DNA of 64,000 nt from an uncultured Planctomycetia bacterium (GTDB lineage Bacteria; Planctomycetota; MHYJ01; WSZJ01; CAZWCX01), in NCBI GenBank assembly GCA_964632945.1, contig CAZWCX010000020.1:8596-72595 (forward strand). The letters run 5' to 3'. The notes beneath the pieces were generated by a model, which worked only from the letters and a program-made list of their open reading frames with translations, was not told the DNA's origin and did no database searches. Below are positions 55,654 to 64,000 of the stretch, one piece after another. The stretch's first letter is position 1. Each line of letters starts with the position of its first letter. Made by a program: the position numbers and the translations under genes.

Positions 55654-57108
55654 ATGGAACGCGAACCGGCCCGCGTCCTCGTCCTCTACACCGGCGGCAC
55701 CATCGGAATGAGGGCGGGCCCCCGAGGATACGTTCCCGCCCCGGGCCACCTGGCCCGGTCTTTGGAGCGATTGCCCCCCTTCCACGATCCGACCCTGCCG
55801 GCCTTCACCACCCCCCCATCCCGGCACGGCCGGCGGGTCCATTACACGATCAAGGAGTACGACCCGCTCCTCGACTCATCCAACATGGGGCCCGAGGACT
55901 GGGCGCGCATCGCCCTGGATGTCGAGCGCCACTACGCGGATCACGACGCCTTCGTCGTCCTCCACGGCACCGACACCATGGCCTACACGGCCTCGGCGCT
56001 CTCGTTCATGCTCGAAAATCTCGCCAAGCCGGTGATTCTCACGGGGGCGCAGATCCCCCTCGACCAACCGCGCAGTGACGCGGTCGACAACCTCCTCGGC
56101 GCGCTGACGCTGGCGGGACACTACGAGATCCCCGAGGTCGGGCTGTTTTTCGGTCAGCACCTCCTGCGCGGCAACCGCACGCAGAAGATGGACGCGAGCG
56201 GCTTCCAGGCGTTCGCCTCCGGAAACCACCCGCCGCTGGCCACGGTGGGAACCGAGATCGAGGTGCATTGGGAACGGATCGCGCGACCGCCGGCGGGGCC
56301 GCTCCGGGTCCATACGCGGATGAGCCGAAACGTCGCCGCGTTGCGAATTTTCCCCGGGATCACCGCCCAGATCCTCTCCAACTTCCTCCAACCGCCGCTG
56401 GCAGGCCTGGTGCTCGAAACCTACGGGACCGGCAACGCACCGGACCGACGGCAGGACTTCCTCGACGCGCTGCGCGCGGCGACGCAGCGCGGGGTGGTGG
56501 TGGTGAACTGCACGCAATGTCACCGGGGGACGGTTACGCCCGCCTATGCGGCGGGAACCGCCCTGGTGGAAGCCGGGGTCGCCGTCGGCTCCGACATGAC
56601 CAGCGAGGCGGCGCTCACGAAGTTGGCCTTCCTCCTCGGCCAGGACCTCCCGCCCACCGAGGTGAAGCGCCTGGCCGCCGTCAATCTGCGCGGAGAACTG
56701 ACGGAGCCGCACGAGGACCGGTTCACGCACCGGGACCGCGACCTCGTGCGGATCCTGGCGAAGCACATCGGCGACACCCAGGCCCTGCTGGCGCAGGGCC
56801 CCCCGGGCGCCCTCCAGGGGACGCTGGTCCCGGTCCTGCTCTGCTCGGCCGCGGCGCAGGGAGAGGCGGAGTCGATCCAACAACTCGCCGCGGCCGGGGC
56901 GGACGTCAACCGCCCGGACTACGATGGCCGCACGCCCCTGCACCTGGCGGCCGCGGGAGGCCATCTCGAAGCGGCACGCCTGCTTCTGGCCCGCGGGGCG
57001 CACGTGAATGCCCGCGACCGCCGCGGCACCACGCCGCTCGCGGACGCGATCCGCAATCGTCATTCCACGGTCGCCGACTTGCTCCAGGAACACGGGGCGG
57101 TCTGGTAG
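55654..57108 (+). CDS. L-asparaginase (type I) fused to C-terminal ankyrin repeats
   Basis: Asparaginase N-terminal motif VLVLYTGGTIGM, the HGTDTMAYTASALSFML active-site region, and a C-terminal subdomain. Then three or four ANK repeats (GRTPLHLAAAGGHLEAARLLLARGAHVNARDRRGTTPLADA). The start is the ATG at 55654; the track ORF starts at a TTG at 55639. Confidence 0.8.
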   Translation: MEREPARVLVLYTGGTIGMRAGPRGYVPAPGHLARSLERLPPFHDPTLPAFTTPPSRHGRRVHYTIKEYDPLLDSSNMGPEDWARIALDVERHYADHDAFVVLHGTDTMAYTASALSFMLENLAKPVILTGAQIPLDQPRSDAVDNLLGALTLAGHYEIPEVGLFFGQHLLRGNRTQKMDASGFQAFASGNHPPLATVGTEIEVHWERIARPPAGPLRVHTRMSRNVAALRIFPGITAQILSNFLQPPLAGLVLETYGTGNAPDRRQDFLDALRAATQRGVVVVNCTQCHRGTVTPAYAAGTALVEAGVAVGSDMTSEAALTKLAFLLGQDLPPTEVKRLAAVNLRGELTEPHEDRFTHRDRDLVRILAKHIGDTQALLAQGPPGALQGTLVPVLLCSAAAQGEAESIQQLAAAGADVNRPDYDGRTPLHLAAAGGHLEAARLLLARGAHVNARDRRGTTPLADAIRNRHSTVADLLQEHGAVW

Positions 57109-57348
57109 CGCGCGGGCCCGATCCCGTCTGGAAGCCGCCGGGAATCCCCCTGCCCCGCCGTCCCCTTCGACACCCGCGATCGACCGGAGTACCCGATCCT
57201 GGCCTCGGCCGCGTTCGTCCAGGCCCTCGCGAAGCCGGCCCGCTCCGGCTGCGAACCGATCGGCCGGATCCAACGGAAGGGCAAGCAACGGGAGGTCGAG
57301 GTTTTCGGCGTGCGCGACGCGGAGTCTCCGTAGGAGGTCATCCGCGCC

Positions 57349-58020
57349 TCACGCCATGGCGAACAGGCACCCCGCGACCACCGCGGGCAACGCGAGGTTG
57401 TCGGTGGCGCGTGGTGCGATTCCCTCCACCACGGCCGCCGCCGCGGCCGTGAACAGCACCACGCCGGCCGGGACCGGGGCCTGGAACCAAGCCGCGGCCA
57501 CGCACACCGCAAGGCCGGAAAGCAGGGCGACCGCGAGCGATCCCTCCAGGGTCTTGCGCTTGCCGCCCAGCACCGGGTAGGAGAGACGGCCCCACTTCCG
57601 GCCCGCGAGCCCTCCCAGGCCGTCCCCCCACGCGAGGGCGAGCAGGGCGGCGGCGGCGGGCAGCGGACGGGTCAGAAGACCGACGGGGGTCCAGATCGCG
57701 TAGGAGAGGACGTAGAAGACGATCCCGGTCCATCGCTCCTCGCCGGCGGTGACGCTGGCGACGAACGCGTCCAGAGAGCGCGCTCGGGCCGCAATGGCCG
57801 GGAAGGCGAGAGAGCTTGCAACCGCGCCGACGACGATCGCCGTCGGGGCCGAGATCCCCTGCCAGAACGGCCAACCGAACACCCAGATGCTGGTGCCGAC
57901 GTGGAGGGCGTCGCGAACCGAATGCGGAGACCAGCCGCGACGATGGACCCAAACGCACCAGGACAGGCCCGCCGACAGCACCGCCAGCCAGACGATCGTC
58001 CCCACCAGGTCGTGCGCCAT
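57349..58020 (-). CDS. CTP-transferase-1 superfamily membrane protein (CdsA / dolichol-kinase / phytol-kinase-like)
   Basis: Six TM segments and the family C-terminal motif LAWGDGLGGLAGRKWGRLSYP. The start ATG is at 58018-58020 (MAHDLVGTIVWLAV…). Confidence 0.5.
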   Translation of the reverse strand: MAHDLVGTIVWLAVLSAGLSWCVWVHRRGWSPHSVRDALHVGTSIWVFGWPFWQGISAPTAIVVGAVASSLAFPAIAARARSLDAFVASVTAGEERWTGIVFYVLSYAIWTPVGLLTRPLPAAAALLALAWGDGLGGLAGRKWGRLSYPVLGGKRKTLEGSLAVALLSGLAVCVAAAWFQAPVPAGVVLFTAAAAAVVEGIAPRATDNLALPAVVAGCLFAMA

Positions 58021-58317
58021 GCCCACCCCGTGCCGCGAAGAGCGAGGATTGTACCGGCCTCCCGCCCGCCGGTCCAGCGGGAAACACTGCCCCGACGCGG
58101 CTCCGGCTCGATTTCTGGACGCGATCCGGAATCCTCGTCGCTCCCCGATGGATCGGGCTCCTCTTCCCGCCCGCCCGGCGCCAGCCGTCGCGCCCCGGAG
58201 GCCTCGGCTTCCCATCCGTTCGGCCGGATGCAGCCCCCCGAACCGCCCCCGGGTCCCCCCCCCCGCACCGGGCGGTTTCGATTGCGCCGCAGCGCCCGGC
58301 CCGCTACGCTCGGGGCG

Positions 58318-59112
58318 ATGGAACTCCTATCCCACGGCGCGATCACCGTCCTCCGCTCGACCCTCCTGGATCGGTTTCCCGGGATCGGTCATGCCTTCTC
58401 GACCCGTCTGGGCGGCGTGAGCGAGGGGACCCACGCGAGCCTCAACCTGACGGCCATGACCGGGGATGCGCGCGAGCGCGCCCTGGAGAATCGTCGCCGA
58501 CTCTGCGACGCGGTCGGCGCGGACTTCACCCGCCTGACCATCCCACGGCAGGTGCTTAGCCCCATCGTTCTCGATTTGCGCCCGCAGCACGTCGGAGGGG
58601 TGACTCCCGAAGATGCCGACGGCCTGGTCACGAACATTCCCGGGGTGCCGACCCTGACCCTCTCCGCCGACTGCGTCCTTGTCCTCCTCTACGACCCGGT
58701 GCGACACGCCATCGCCAACGTGCATTCCTCCCGGCAGGGCGCCTTCGGCCGGATTCTCCCCGCCGCAGTGGCGCGTCTGCGACGCTCCTTCGGCACGGCC
58801 TCCGAGGACCTCGTCGCCGCGATCGGACCCTCGATCGGACCCTGCTGCTACGAGGTCCGACCGGACATCGTCGACCCCTGGCGGCGGGAGCACGGCGACC
58901 GCTTCCTCGTCGTCCACGACGGACGCACGACCCTGGACCTCTGGTCCACCACGCGCGCGCAGCTCGAAGAGTCGGGGGTCCGCCGTGAGAACATCGACCT
59001 CGCGGGAATCTGCACCAGGTGCCGCCCGGACCTGCTCTACTCCTACCGGCGCGATGGGGACCGGAGCGGTCGCTTCGGGGCGCTGCTCTGGATTCGCGAG
59101 GGACGGGCCTGA
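58318..59112 (+). CDS. pgeF: YfiH/PgeF-family purine-nucleoside phosphorylase / peptidoglycan-editing factor (DUF152, laccase-domain protein)
   Basis: HGAITVLRS…GIGHAFSTRLGGVSEG…SLNL…; the Cys-His-His triad context …LTLSADCVLVLLYDP…; and …AIANVHSSRQGAFGRIL…GPSIGPCCYEV…. Confidence 0.75.
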   Translation: MELLSHGAITVLRSTLLDRFPGIGHAFSTRLGGVSEGTHASLNLTAMTGDARERALENRRRLCDAVGADFTRLTIPRQVLSPIVLDLRPQHVGGVTPEDADGLVTNIPGVPTLTLSADCVLVLLYDPVRHAIANVHSSRQGAFGRILPAAVARLRRSFGTASEDLVAAIGPSIGPCCYEVRPDIVDPWRREHGDRFLVVHDGRTTLDLWSTTRAQLEESGVRRENIDLAGICTRCRPDLLYSYRRDGDRSGRFGALLWIREGRA

Positions 59113-59122
59113 CCTGCGCTCC

Positions 59123-60112
59123 CTATTCCAGCCGGTTTCCATCCGCGTCGAACCGGTGGATGCGGGCGGGGTCGAGGGTGACGGCCGCCCGCTCCGGCAC
59201 GTTTCGCGCCGATGGCAGCAGCGCGCGCAATTCCAGGTCGCCGGAGCGCAGGGTGAGCAGCTGTTGGGATCCCAGGGACTCGCGGAGAACGACCTCCAGG
59301 GTCATCGGGCCGGTGTCCCCCACCTGCACGTCCTCCGGCCGGATTCCGATGCTCGCCGCGGCAATGCCGACGGCCGGTCCGGGGAGCAGGTTCATCCGCG
59401 GGGTACCCACGAACTCCGCGACGAAGACGGTGGCCGGCCGGGAATAGACTTCCTCGGGGGTGCCGCATTGCTCGAGCCGCCCCGCGCGCAGGACGGCGAC
59501 CCGATCCGAGAGGGTCATCGCTTCCACCTGGTCGTGGGTCACGTAGACGACCGTCCCGCGGACGCGTCGGAACAGGGCCTTGAGTTCCGCGCGCGCACGC
59601 TCACGCAAGAGGGCGTCGAGGTTCGACAGCGGCTCGTCGAGGAGGAAGACCGCAGGCTCGCGCACGATCGCCCGCGCCACGGCGACCCGCTGGCGCTCCC
59701 CTCCGGACAATTCGCCGGGACGGCGCGAGAGCAGGCCATCGATGCCGAGACTCCGTGCCGCGGCCTCGACCTTCTCCCGAACGACCTCGGCCGTCATCCC
59801 CCGCAGGCGGAGGGCGGCCGCCACGTTGTCGAACACGGTGAAGTGGGGATAGAGGGCGTACGACTGGAACACCATGGCCACGTCCCGGTCTCGCGGTTCG
59901 AGTCCGTCGACCGACCGGTCGCCGATACGGATCGACCCCGCATCGGGGCGTTCGAGTCCGGCGACCAGACGCAGCAGCGTGGACTTGCCGCACCCGGACG
60001 GACCCAGGACGGCCACGGTTTCCCCGTCACGGACGTCGAGCGAGACCTCGCGCACGGCGGCGAGTCCGCCGCCGAAGGATTTGCTCAATCCGCGCAGGCT
60101 CAGCGACGCCAT
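59123..60112 (-). CDS. Sugar ABC transporter ATP-binding protein (MalK/UgpC type)
   Basis: Walker A GPSGCGKST, signature LSGGERQRVAVARAI, Walker B VFLLDEPLSNLD, H-loop VTHDQ, and a C-terminal regulatory (TOBE-like) domain. Confidence 0.85.
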   Translation of the reverse strand: MASLSLRGLSKSFGGGLAAVREVSLDVRDGETVAVLGPSGCGKSTLLRLVAGLERPDAGSIRIGDRSVDGLEPRDRDVAMVFQSYALYPHFTVFDNVAAALRLRGMTAEVVREKVEAAARSLGIDGLLSRRPGELSGGERQRVAVARAIVREPAVFLLDEPLSNLDALLRERARAELKALFRRVRGTVVYVTHDQVEAMTLSDRVAVLRAGRLEQCGTPEEVYSRPATVFVAEFVGTPRMNLLPGPAVGIAAASIGIRPEDVQVGDTGPMTLEVVLRESLGSQQLLTLRSGDLELRALLPSARNVPERAAVTLDPARIHRFDADGNRLE

Positions 60113-60116
60113 CGGC

Positions 60117-60938
60117 TCATCCTTTCACTGCGCCGGCGGTGAGCCCGCCGACGATCCAGCGCTGGAACGCGAGAATCGCGACGACCACCGGCAGCGTCGT
60201 CAAGACCACGGCCGCGGAAATCTGCCCCCACGGCACCTCATAGGTCGTTGCGCCCGTCAGCATGGCGATGCCGACCGGGACGGTGCGGAGTTCGTCGCGG
60301 GAAAGGAACGTGAGCGCGATCACGAACTCGTTCCACGAGAAGATGAAGACGAGGATGGCGGCGGCCCCGAGCGCAGGGGCGGACAGCGGGAGCACGATGC
60401 GGGTCAGCATCCCGACCCGCGAGAACCCGTCGATGCGCGCGGCATCCTCGAGGTCGACGGGGAGGTCGCGGAACGCGGCTTCGAGCATCCACACGGCGAA
60501 GGGAAGGTGCAAGGCCGCATGGACGGCGGCCAACCCGGCCAGCGAGTCGAGCAGACCGAGGCCCCGGGCGAGGGAATAGAGGGGCGCCAGCAGCACCGCG
60601 GGCGGGAGGAGGGCGAAGCCGAGGATTCCGGCCCGCCAGTAGGCGGTCCCCGGCGGGCAGAGGCGCGCCAGCGAATACGCGGCCGGCGCGGCGGCGAAAA
60701 GCGTCAGCAGGGTCGCCAGGGCAGCCACCCCGACGCTGTTGAGCAGATAACGCGCGAAAGGGCGCTGCTCGAATACGCCGCGATAGCTCTGCACGCTCGG
60801 ACGTGCCGGCAGGAGGGTCGGGGGGATCGCGGTGACCTCGGACTCCGGCTTGAGCGAGGTCGACACGGACCACAGGAACGGCGCGGTGCTGAACAGGGCC
60901 ATGGCGCCGACGGCCCCCGCGAGCAGGAGGCGTTTCAC
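60117..60938 (-). CDS. Sugar ABC transporter permease (MalG/UgpE type)
   Basis: Six TM segments, and the EAA loop LEDAARIDGFSRVGMLTRIVLPLSAPAL. The GTG start at 60936-60938 overlaps the upstream stop. Confidence 0.7.
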   Translation of the reverse strand: MKRLLLAGAVGAMALFSTAPFLWSVSTSLKPESEVTAIPPTLLPARPSVQSYRGVFEQRPFARYLLNSVGVAALATLLTLFAAAPAAYSLARLCPPGTAYWRAGILGFALLPPAVLLAPLYSLARGLGLLDSLAGLAAVHAALHLPFAVWMLEAAFRDLPVDLEDAARIDGFSRVGMLTRIVLPLSAPALGAAAILVFIFSWNEFVIALTFLSRDELRTVPVGIAMLTGATTYEVPWGQISAAVVLTTLPVVVAILAFQRWIVGGLTAGAVKG

Positions 60939-61735
60939 GGTCGAGCCCTCCCGCGGATGAGCGCACCCGTCCCGGCCGACACCGCGAAGACCAGCAGGAC
61001 CGAGACGAGCGTGGCGGCGGCGGCATCGTCCGGCCGCAGGTAGCGGAAGACCTGGTCGTAGATATAGAGCGTCAGCGTGCGCGTGGAACCCGCCGGCCCA
61101 CCGCCGGTGAGGACCCAGACGAGGTCGAAGATCCCGAGTGCGTGGATGAGACGGAAGGTGACCGCGACGGCGAGGGACGGACGCAGGAGCGGGAGCGTGA
61201 TCCAGAAGAACCGGCGCACGGGTCCGGCGCCGTCCACCGCCAGCGCCTCGTGAAGTTCGGCCGGGATGCCCTGCAGACCGGCCAGGAGGACGATGACGAC
61301 GAAGGGTGTCGTTTTCCACAGGTCTGCGAACACGAGCGCGGCGAAGGCCGTTCCCGGTCGACCGAGCCAGGGCAGGCCGGCGTCGAGCGCCCCCAGCCGG
61401 ACGAGGACTTCGTTGGCGATACCGTACTGGTCGTTGAAGATCCATGCCCAGGCCATCGCCATGACCGCGGTCGGGAGAGTCCAGGGAAGCAGGACCGACG
61501 CCCTCGCCGCCGCGCTGCCCCGTCCCGGGGCCAGCCGGTGAAGCAGCACGGCGAAGCCGAGACCGAGAAGGAGTTCGAGGGGAACGGAGACGAAGGCGAA
61601 CGCCGCCGTCTGCAGCGCCACGCGGGCGAATTCGGGGTCGCTCAACACCCGCCCCACGCCGCCGATTCCGCGCGTGAACGTGACGACGAGGGGATAGCCG
61701 AGCCACCCGCCCAGCAGCAGGGCCGCCGGCAGCAT
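60935..61735 (-). CDS. Sugar ABC transporter permease (MalF/UgpA type)
   Basis: Six TM segments, and the EAA loop LHEALAVDGAGPVRRFFWITLPLLRP. The start ATG is at 61733-61735. The track ORF's 120-aa N-terminal extension is Gly/Arg/Pro-rich and I rejected it. Confidence 0.7.
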   Translation of the reverse strand: MLPAALLLGGWLGYPLVVTFTRGIGGVGRVLSDPEFARVALQTAAFAFVSVPLELLLGLGFAVLLHRLAPGRGSAAARASVLLPWTLPTAVMAMAWAWIFNDQYGIANEVLVRLGALDAGLPWLGRPGTAFAALVFADLWKTTPFVVIVLLAGLQGIPAELHEALAVDGAGPVRRFFWITLPLLRPSLAVAVTFRLIHALGIFDLVWVLTGGGPAGSTRTLTLYIYDQVFRYLRPDDAAAATLVSVLLVFAVSAGTGALIRGRARP

Positions 61736-61749
61736 CCACGCGGCGCGCC

Positions 61750-62994
61750 TCACCGGCCCAGGATCCGACGCACCTCGACCGCCGCAGCCCGGAGCGCCTC
61801 CTCGGGGGACTCCCGGCCCACCAGCGCCGCGCTCACGTGAACCTGGAGCGCGTCCGAGATTTCGGCATAGGCCGGATGCACCGGCCGCGGACGCGCCCGC
61901 AGGAGTACGGCGTAAAGCTGCGGGTAGTGCGGGCTGCCCGCGAGCACCTCCGGGTCGCGGAAGAGGGCCTTGCGCGTCGGGATCGCTCCCAGACGGAAGT
62001 GGAGGACTTTTTGCTGCTCGGGCCGGGCCACGAACCGGATGAACTCCCAGGCCGCCTCGGGGTTCTTCGACTGTTTCGAAACCCCAAAGCCCCACCCGCC
62101 GAGCACGGCGGCGGAGGCGTGTCCCGGTGCATGGACCATCGGCGCGATCCCGACCCTGCCCCGGATGGAGGATCCGTCCTCCTGGACCTTATTCCACACG
62201 TATGGCCAGTTGCGCAGGAAGACCGCGCGCCCTTCCTGGAACAACCGCCGGGTTTCCTCTTCCTTGTAGGTCGTCACTCCCTCGGGGACCAGGTCCTTGA
62301 CGAGGCCGACCATCCAGGACAGCGCGCGCACACCTTCGGGGCGGTCGAGAACGACCTCCCCGCGCTCGTCCAGGACATCGCCTCCGTGCCCCCACAACAC
62401 CTCCAGGAAACTGCACACGAGCCCTTCGTACTGCAGCCCCTGGAACACGAATCCCCACCGCTCCGGCGGCGAGTGCGCCGCGCGGGCGCGCGCGACCAGG
62501 TCATCGAAGGTCTCCGGCGGCGAACTCACCAGGTCGGTCCGAAAGTAAAGCATCCCCGCGTCGGAACGGATGGGGATGCGATAGAGCTTGCCGTCGTAAA
62601 TCGACCCCCGGACGTCGCCGGGCAACAGCTCCTCGAGTTCCGCCGGGCTCAATCGGCCGTCGAGCGGAAGGAGCCACCCCTGGGCGGCGAACTTGGGCAC
62701 CCAGATCACGTCCATCCACACCAGGTCGTACGGGGAGTCTCCGCCGAGGAAGGCCGTGGAATACTGGTTTTCGCGCGCGTCGGTCGCGGACGGCCCTTCG
62801 ATCCGTTCCACGTCGATGTGAGGGTGCGCGGCCTCGAAGCGCGCGATCACTTCCTCCCAGCCTCCTCCCGGCTCCGGTGCGTCGAGGAATCGGATGACGA
62901 TGCGCGAGGCGCCGGGCGCGGGTTCGTGCTTGCCGCACCCGCCCGCCGGGAGGGCGAGGGCGAGGAGCAGAAGGGCGATCGAATTCGGTTTCAT
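61750..62994 (-). CDS. ABC transporter extracellular solute-binding lipoprotein (family 1, sugar)
   Basis: MKPNSIALLLLALALPAGGCGK (lipobox), then an SBP_bac_1-like region (…DLVWMDVIWVPKFAAQGWLLPLD…). Confidence 0.75.
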   Translation of the reverse strand: MKPNSIALLLLALALPAGGCGKHEPAPGASRIVIRFLDAPEPGGGWEEVIARFEAAHPHIDVERIEGPSATDARENQYSTAFLGGDSPYDLVWMDVIWVPKFAAQGWLLPLDGRLSPAELEELLPGDVRGSIYDGKLYRIPIRSDAGMLYFRTDLVSSPPETFDDLVARARAAHSPPERWGFVFQGLQYEGLVCSFLEVLWGHGGDVLDERGEVVLDRPEGVRALSWMVGLVKDLVPEGVTTYKEEETRRLFQEGRAVFLRNWPYVWNKVQEDGSSIRGRVGIAPMVHAPGHASAAVLGGWGFGVSKQSKNPEAAWEFIRFVARPEQQKVLHFRLGAIPTRKALFRDPEVLAGSPHYPQLYAVLLRARPRPVHPAYAEISDALQVHVSAALVGRESPEEALRAAAVEVRRILGR

Positions 62995-63164
62995 CGGGGG
63001 GCTCCGCCAGGAGGAGGGGGGCGCAGTCCTTACCCGATACCGCATGCGGCGTCACCCGTCAACCCGCAATCCTCTGCCGCCTCCGCCCCCCCCCGGAGGT
63101 CGCCTTCCGTTGACCCGATTGGGGATTCGGGGTACCCTCGGATCGCGAGGAGGGCGATGACCCG

Positions 63165-64000
63165 ATGCGACTGATCAAGATCGCGATTGCCAATGTCAAT
63201 TCCACCGTGGGGGCGGTGCGAGCGAACACGGATCGCGTCCTGCGGTTGGCGCGCGCCGCCGCCGCCGAGGACGTCACGGTCGCCTGCTTCCCCGAGCAGA
63301 CGGTCGGCGGCTATCCGCCCGAGGACCTCGTCCAGTGGCGCGCCTACGTGGCGTCCCAGCGCACCGAGCTGGAGCGGTTTGCCCGCGATACCGCGCAAAT
63401 GCGCACGGTCTTCGTCGTCGGCCTGATCGTGGCGGTCGGCGGAGAGATCTTCAACGTCGCCGCGCTCGTGCACCGCGGTTCGATTCTCGGCTTCATTCCG
63501 AAGGAGAAGCTCCCGACCTACAACGTTTTCTATGAAGCGCGCACGCTCTCGCACGGCACGCCCGGCATGACCCTGGATGCCGGGGGCGTCCTGCTTGGGG
63601 ACCGGATCTTCTCCTTCGAGTTCGGCACCCTGGCCGCAGAGGTGTGCGAAGACGGTTGGTCTCCGGACGGCCCGATGCGCCGACGCTGCTACTCCGGTGC
63701 GGAACTGGTCGTAAATCTGTCCGCGTCCCCCTACCGCGTGGGAGTCGTGGCCACCCGTCGGGAGATGCTGGCCACCCGGTCGAGCGACAACCAGGCGACG
63801 CTGCTCTATGCGAACGCCGTGGGAGCGCAGGACGGGCTCATCTTCGACGGCGGGGGATACGTGTTCCAGAACGGCCGCATGATGCTCGATGCCCCGCGGT
63901 TTCGGGAGGGTCTGGCGACCTGCGTCGTCGACCTCGACCGGACGATCCGCCTGCGCCGCGAGAACACCACCTGGCGGGTCGATTGCGAAGCGTTCCGCAC
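63165..64000 (+). CDS. nadE: Glutamine-dependent NAD+ synthetase, N-terminal nitrilase-like (CN-hydrolase) domain. The gene runs off the right edge of the window.
   Basis: Hand translation from ATG 63165 gives MRLIKIAIANVNSTVGAVRANTDRVLRLARAAAAEDVTVACFPEQTVGGYPPEDL…AEVCEDGWSP…LVVNLSASPY…. This is co-linear with NadE/Nit-domain NAD synthetases, with catalytic E (CFPE), K and C (EVCED) in place. GAGGAGGG lies upstream. It is absent from the ORF track because there is no in-window stop. Confidence 0.7.
   Translation, partial: MRLIKIAIANVNSTVGAVRANTDRVLRLARAAAAEDVTVACFPEQTVGGYPPEDLVQWRAYVASQRTELERFARDTAQMRTVFVVGLIVAVGGEIFNVAALVHRGSILGFIPKEKLPTYNVFYEARTLSHGTPGMTLDAGGVLLGDRIFSFEFGTLAAEVCEDGWSPDGPMRRRCYSGAELVVNLSASPYRVGVVATRREMLATRSSDNQATLLYANAVGAQDGLIFDGGGYVFQNGRMMLDAPRFREGLATCVVDLDRTIRLRRENTTWRVDCEAFR

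Noticed and set aside
1-64000. CRISPR arrays, rRNA/tRNA genes, transposases or integrases
   Set aside because: I saw no regularly spaced direct repeats, no tRNA-like cloverleaf candidates, and no transposase or integrase motifs. tRNA absence is not proven, because I did not run a covariance-model scan.

Overview
This is a very GC-rich (~70%) bacterial chromosomal segment. The gene content (many Ser/Thr kinases, sigma-54 enhancer-binding proteins, TPR/HEAT/ankyrin repeat proteins, c-di-GMP enzymes) suggests Myxococcota, Acidobacteriota or a similar lineage; that taxonomic guess is inference only. Because of the GC content almost every region has long ORFs in several frames. I kept only ORFs whose translations show recognisable domains or motifs, plausible signal peptides or TM segments, and Shine-Dalgarno-like sequences at the chosen start.

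Contents from left to right:
- 1-263: a truncated polyprenyl-phosphate sugar transferase gene.
- 563-7081: a seven-gene His-Asp phosphorelay operon on the minus strand (USP, REC, REC, Hpt, REC, hybrid HK with two REC domains, PAS-HK).
- 6209-8606: two divergent tandem-USP genes (the first is the lead gene of the operon above).
- 8678-10066: a REC/sigma-54/Fis-type enhancer-binding protein.
- 10395-13886: a lipoprotein and a 981-aa Ser/Thr kinase with a TPR region.
- 14001-14740: a small dodecin-like gene and a short remnant of a GspE/PilB-type ATPase gene.
- 15003-18204: a translationally coupled three-gene operon (small coiled-coil/Cys-cluster protein, TM/HEAT-like protein, large secreted Gly-rich protein with C-terminal Fn3-like domains).
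- 18481-21621, divergent from that operon: an atypical Hsp70-family ATPase with a C-terminal TPR tail, followed by a basic partner protein.
- 21739-23484: a GAF-PAS-GGDEF diguanylate cyclase.
- 23884-26610: a P2-type cation ATPase.
- 27276-30468: a lipoprotein, a DUF1801 protein, gpmA and an ABC-2-like membrane protein.
- 30601-32748 and 42443-43537: two serine beta-lactamase-family hydrolases.
- 32809-33852: a GH114-like polysaccharide hydrolase.
- 34321-35244: a RING/PHD-like zinc-finger membrane protein.
- 35303-42043: a 2246-aa single ORF fusing a Ser/Thr kinase, STAND ATPase, TPR region, GAF, GGDEF, GAF, sigma-54 AAA+ activator and Fis HTH. This is the most unusual gene in the window.
- 43684-48595: an alpha/beta-hydrolase esterase, then a secreted HEAT / msrA / HEAT / SnoaL / NUDIX operon.
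- 48612-50180: a DUF2254 membrane protein.
- 50370-55558: a CreBC/CreD-like module (OmpR-type RR, HK, ankyrin protein, CreD-like membrane protein).
- 55654-57108: an L-asparaginase fused to ankyrin repeats.
- 57349-59112: a CdsA/dolichol-kinase-like membrane protein and pgeF/yfiH.
- 59123-62994: a four-gene sugar ABC importer operon.
- 63165-64000: the 5' end of a glutamine-dependent NAD synthetase gene.

The most notable non-coding feature is a ~230-bp intergenic element present twice (335-562 and 10168-10394) at about 86% identity, in the same context on the minus strand both times. I found no CRISPR array, rRNA, tRNA or clear transposase.
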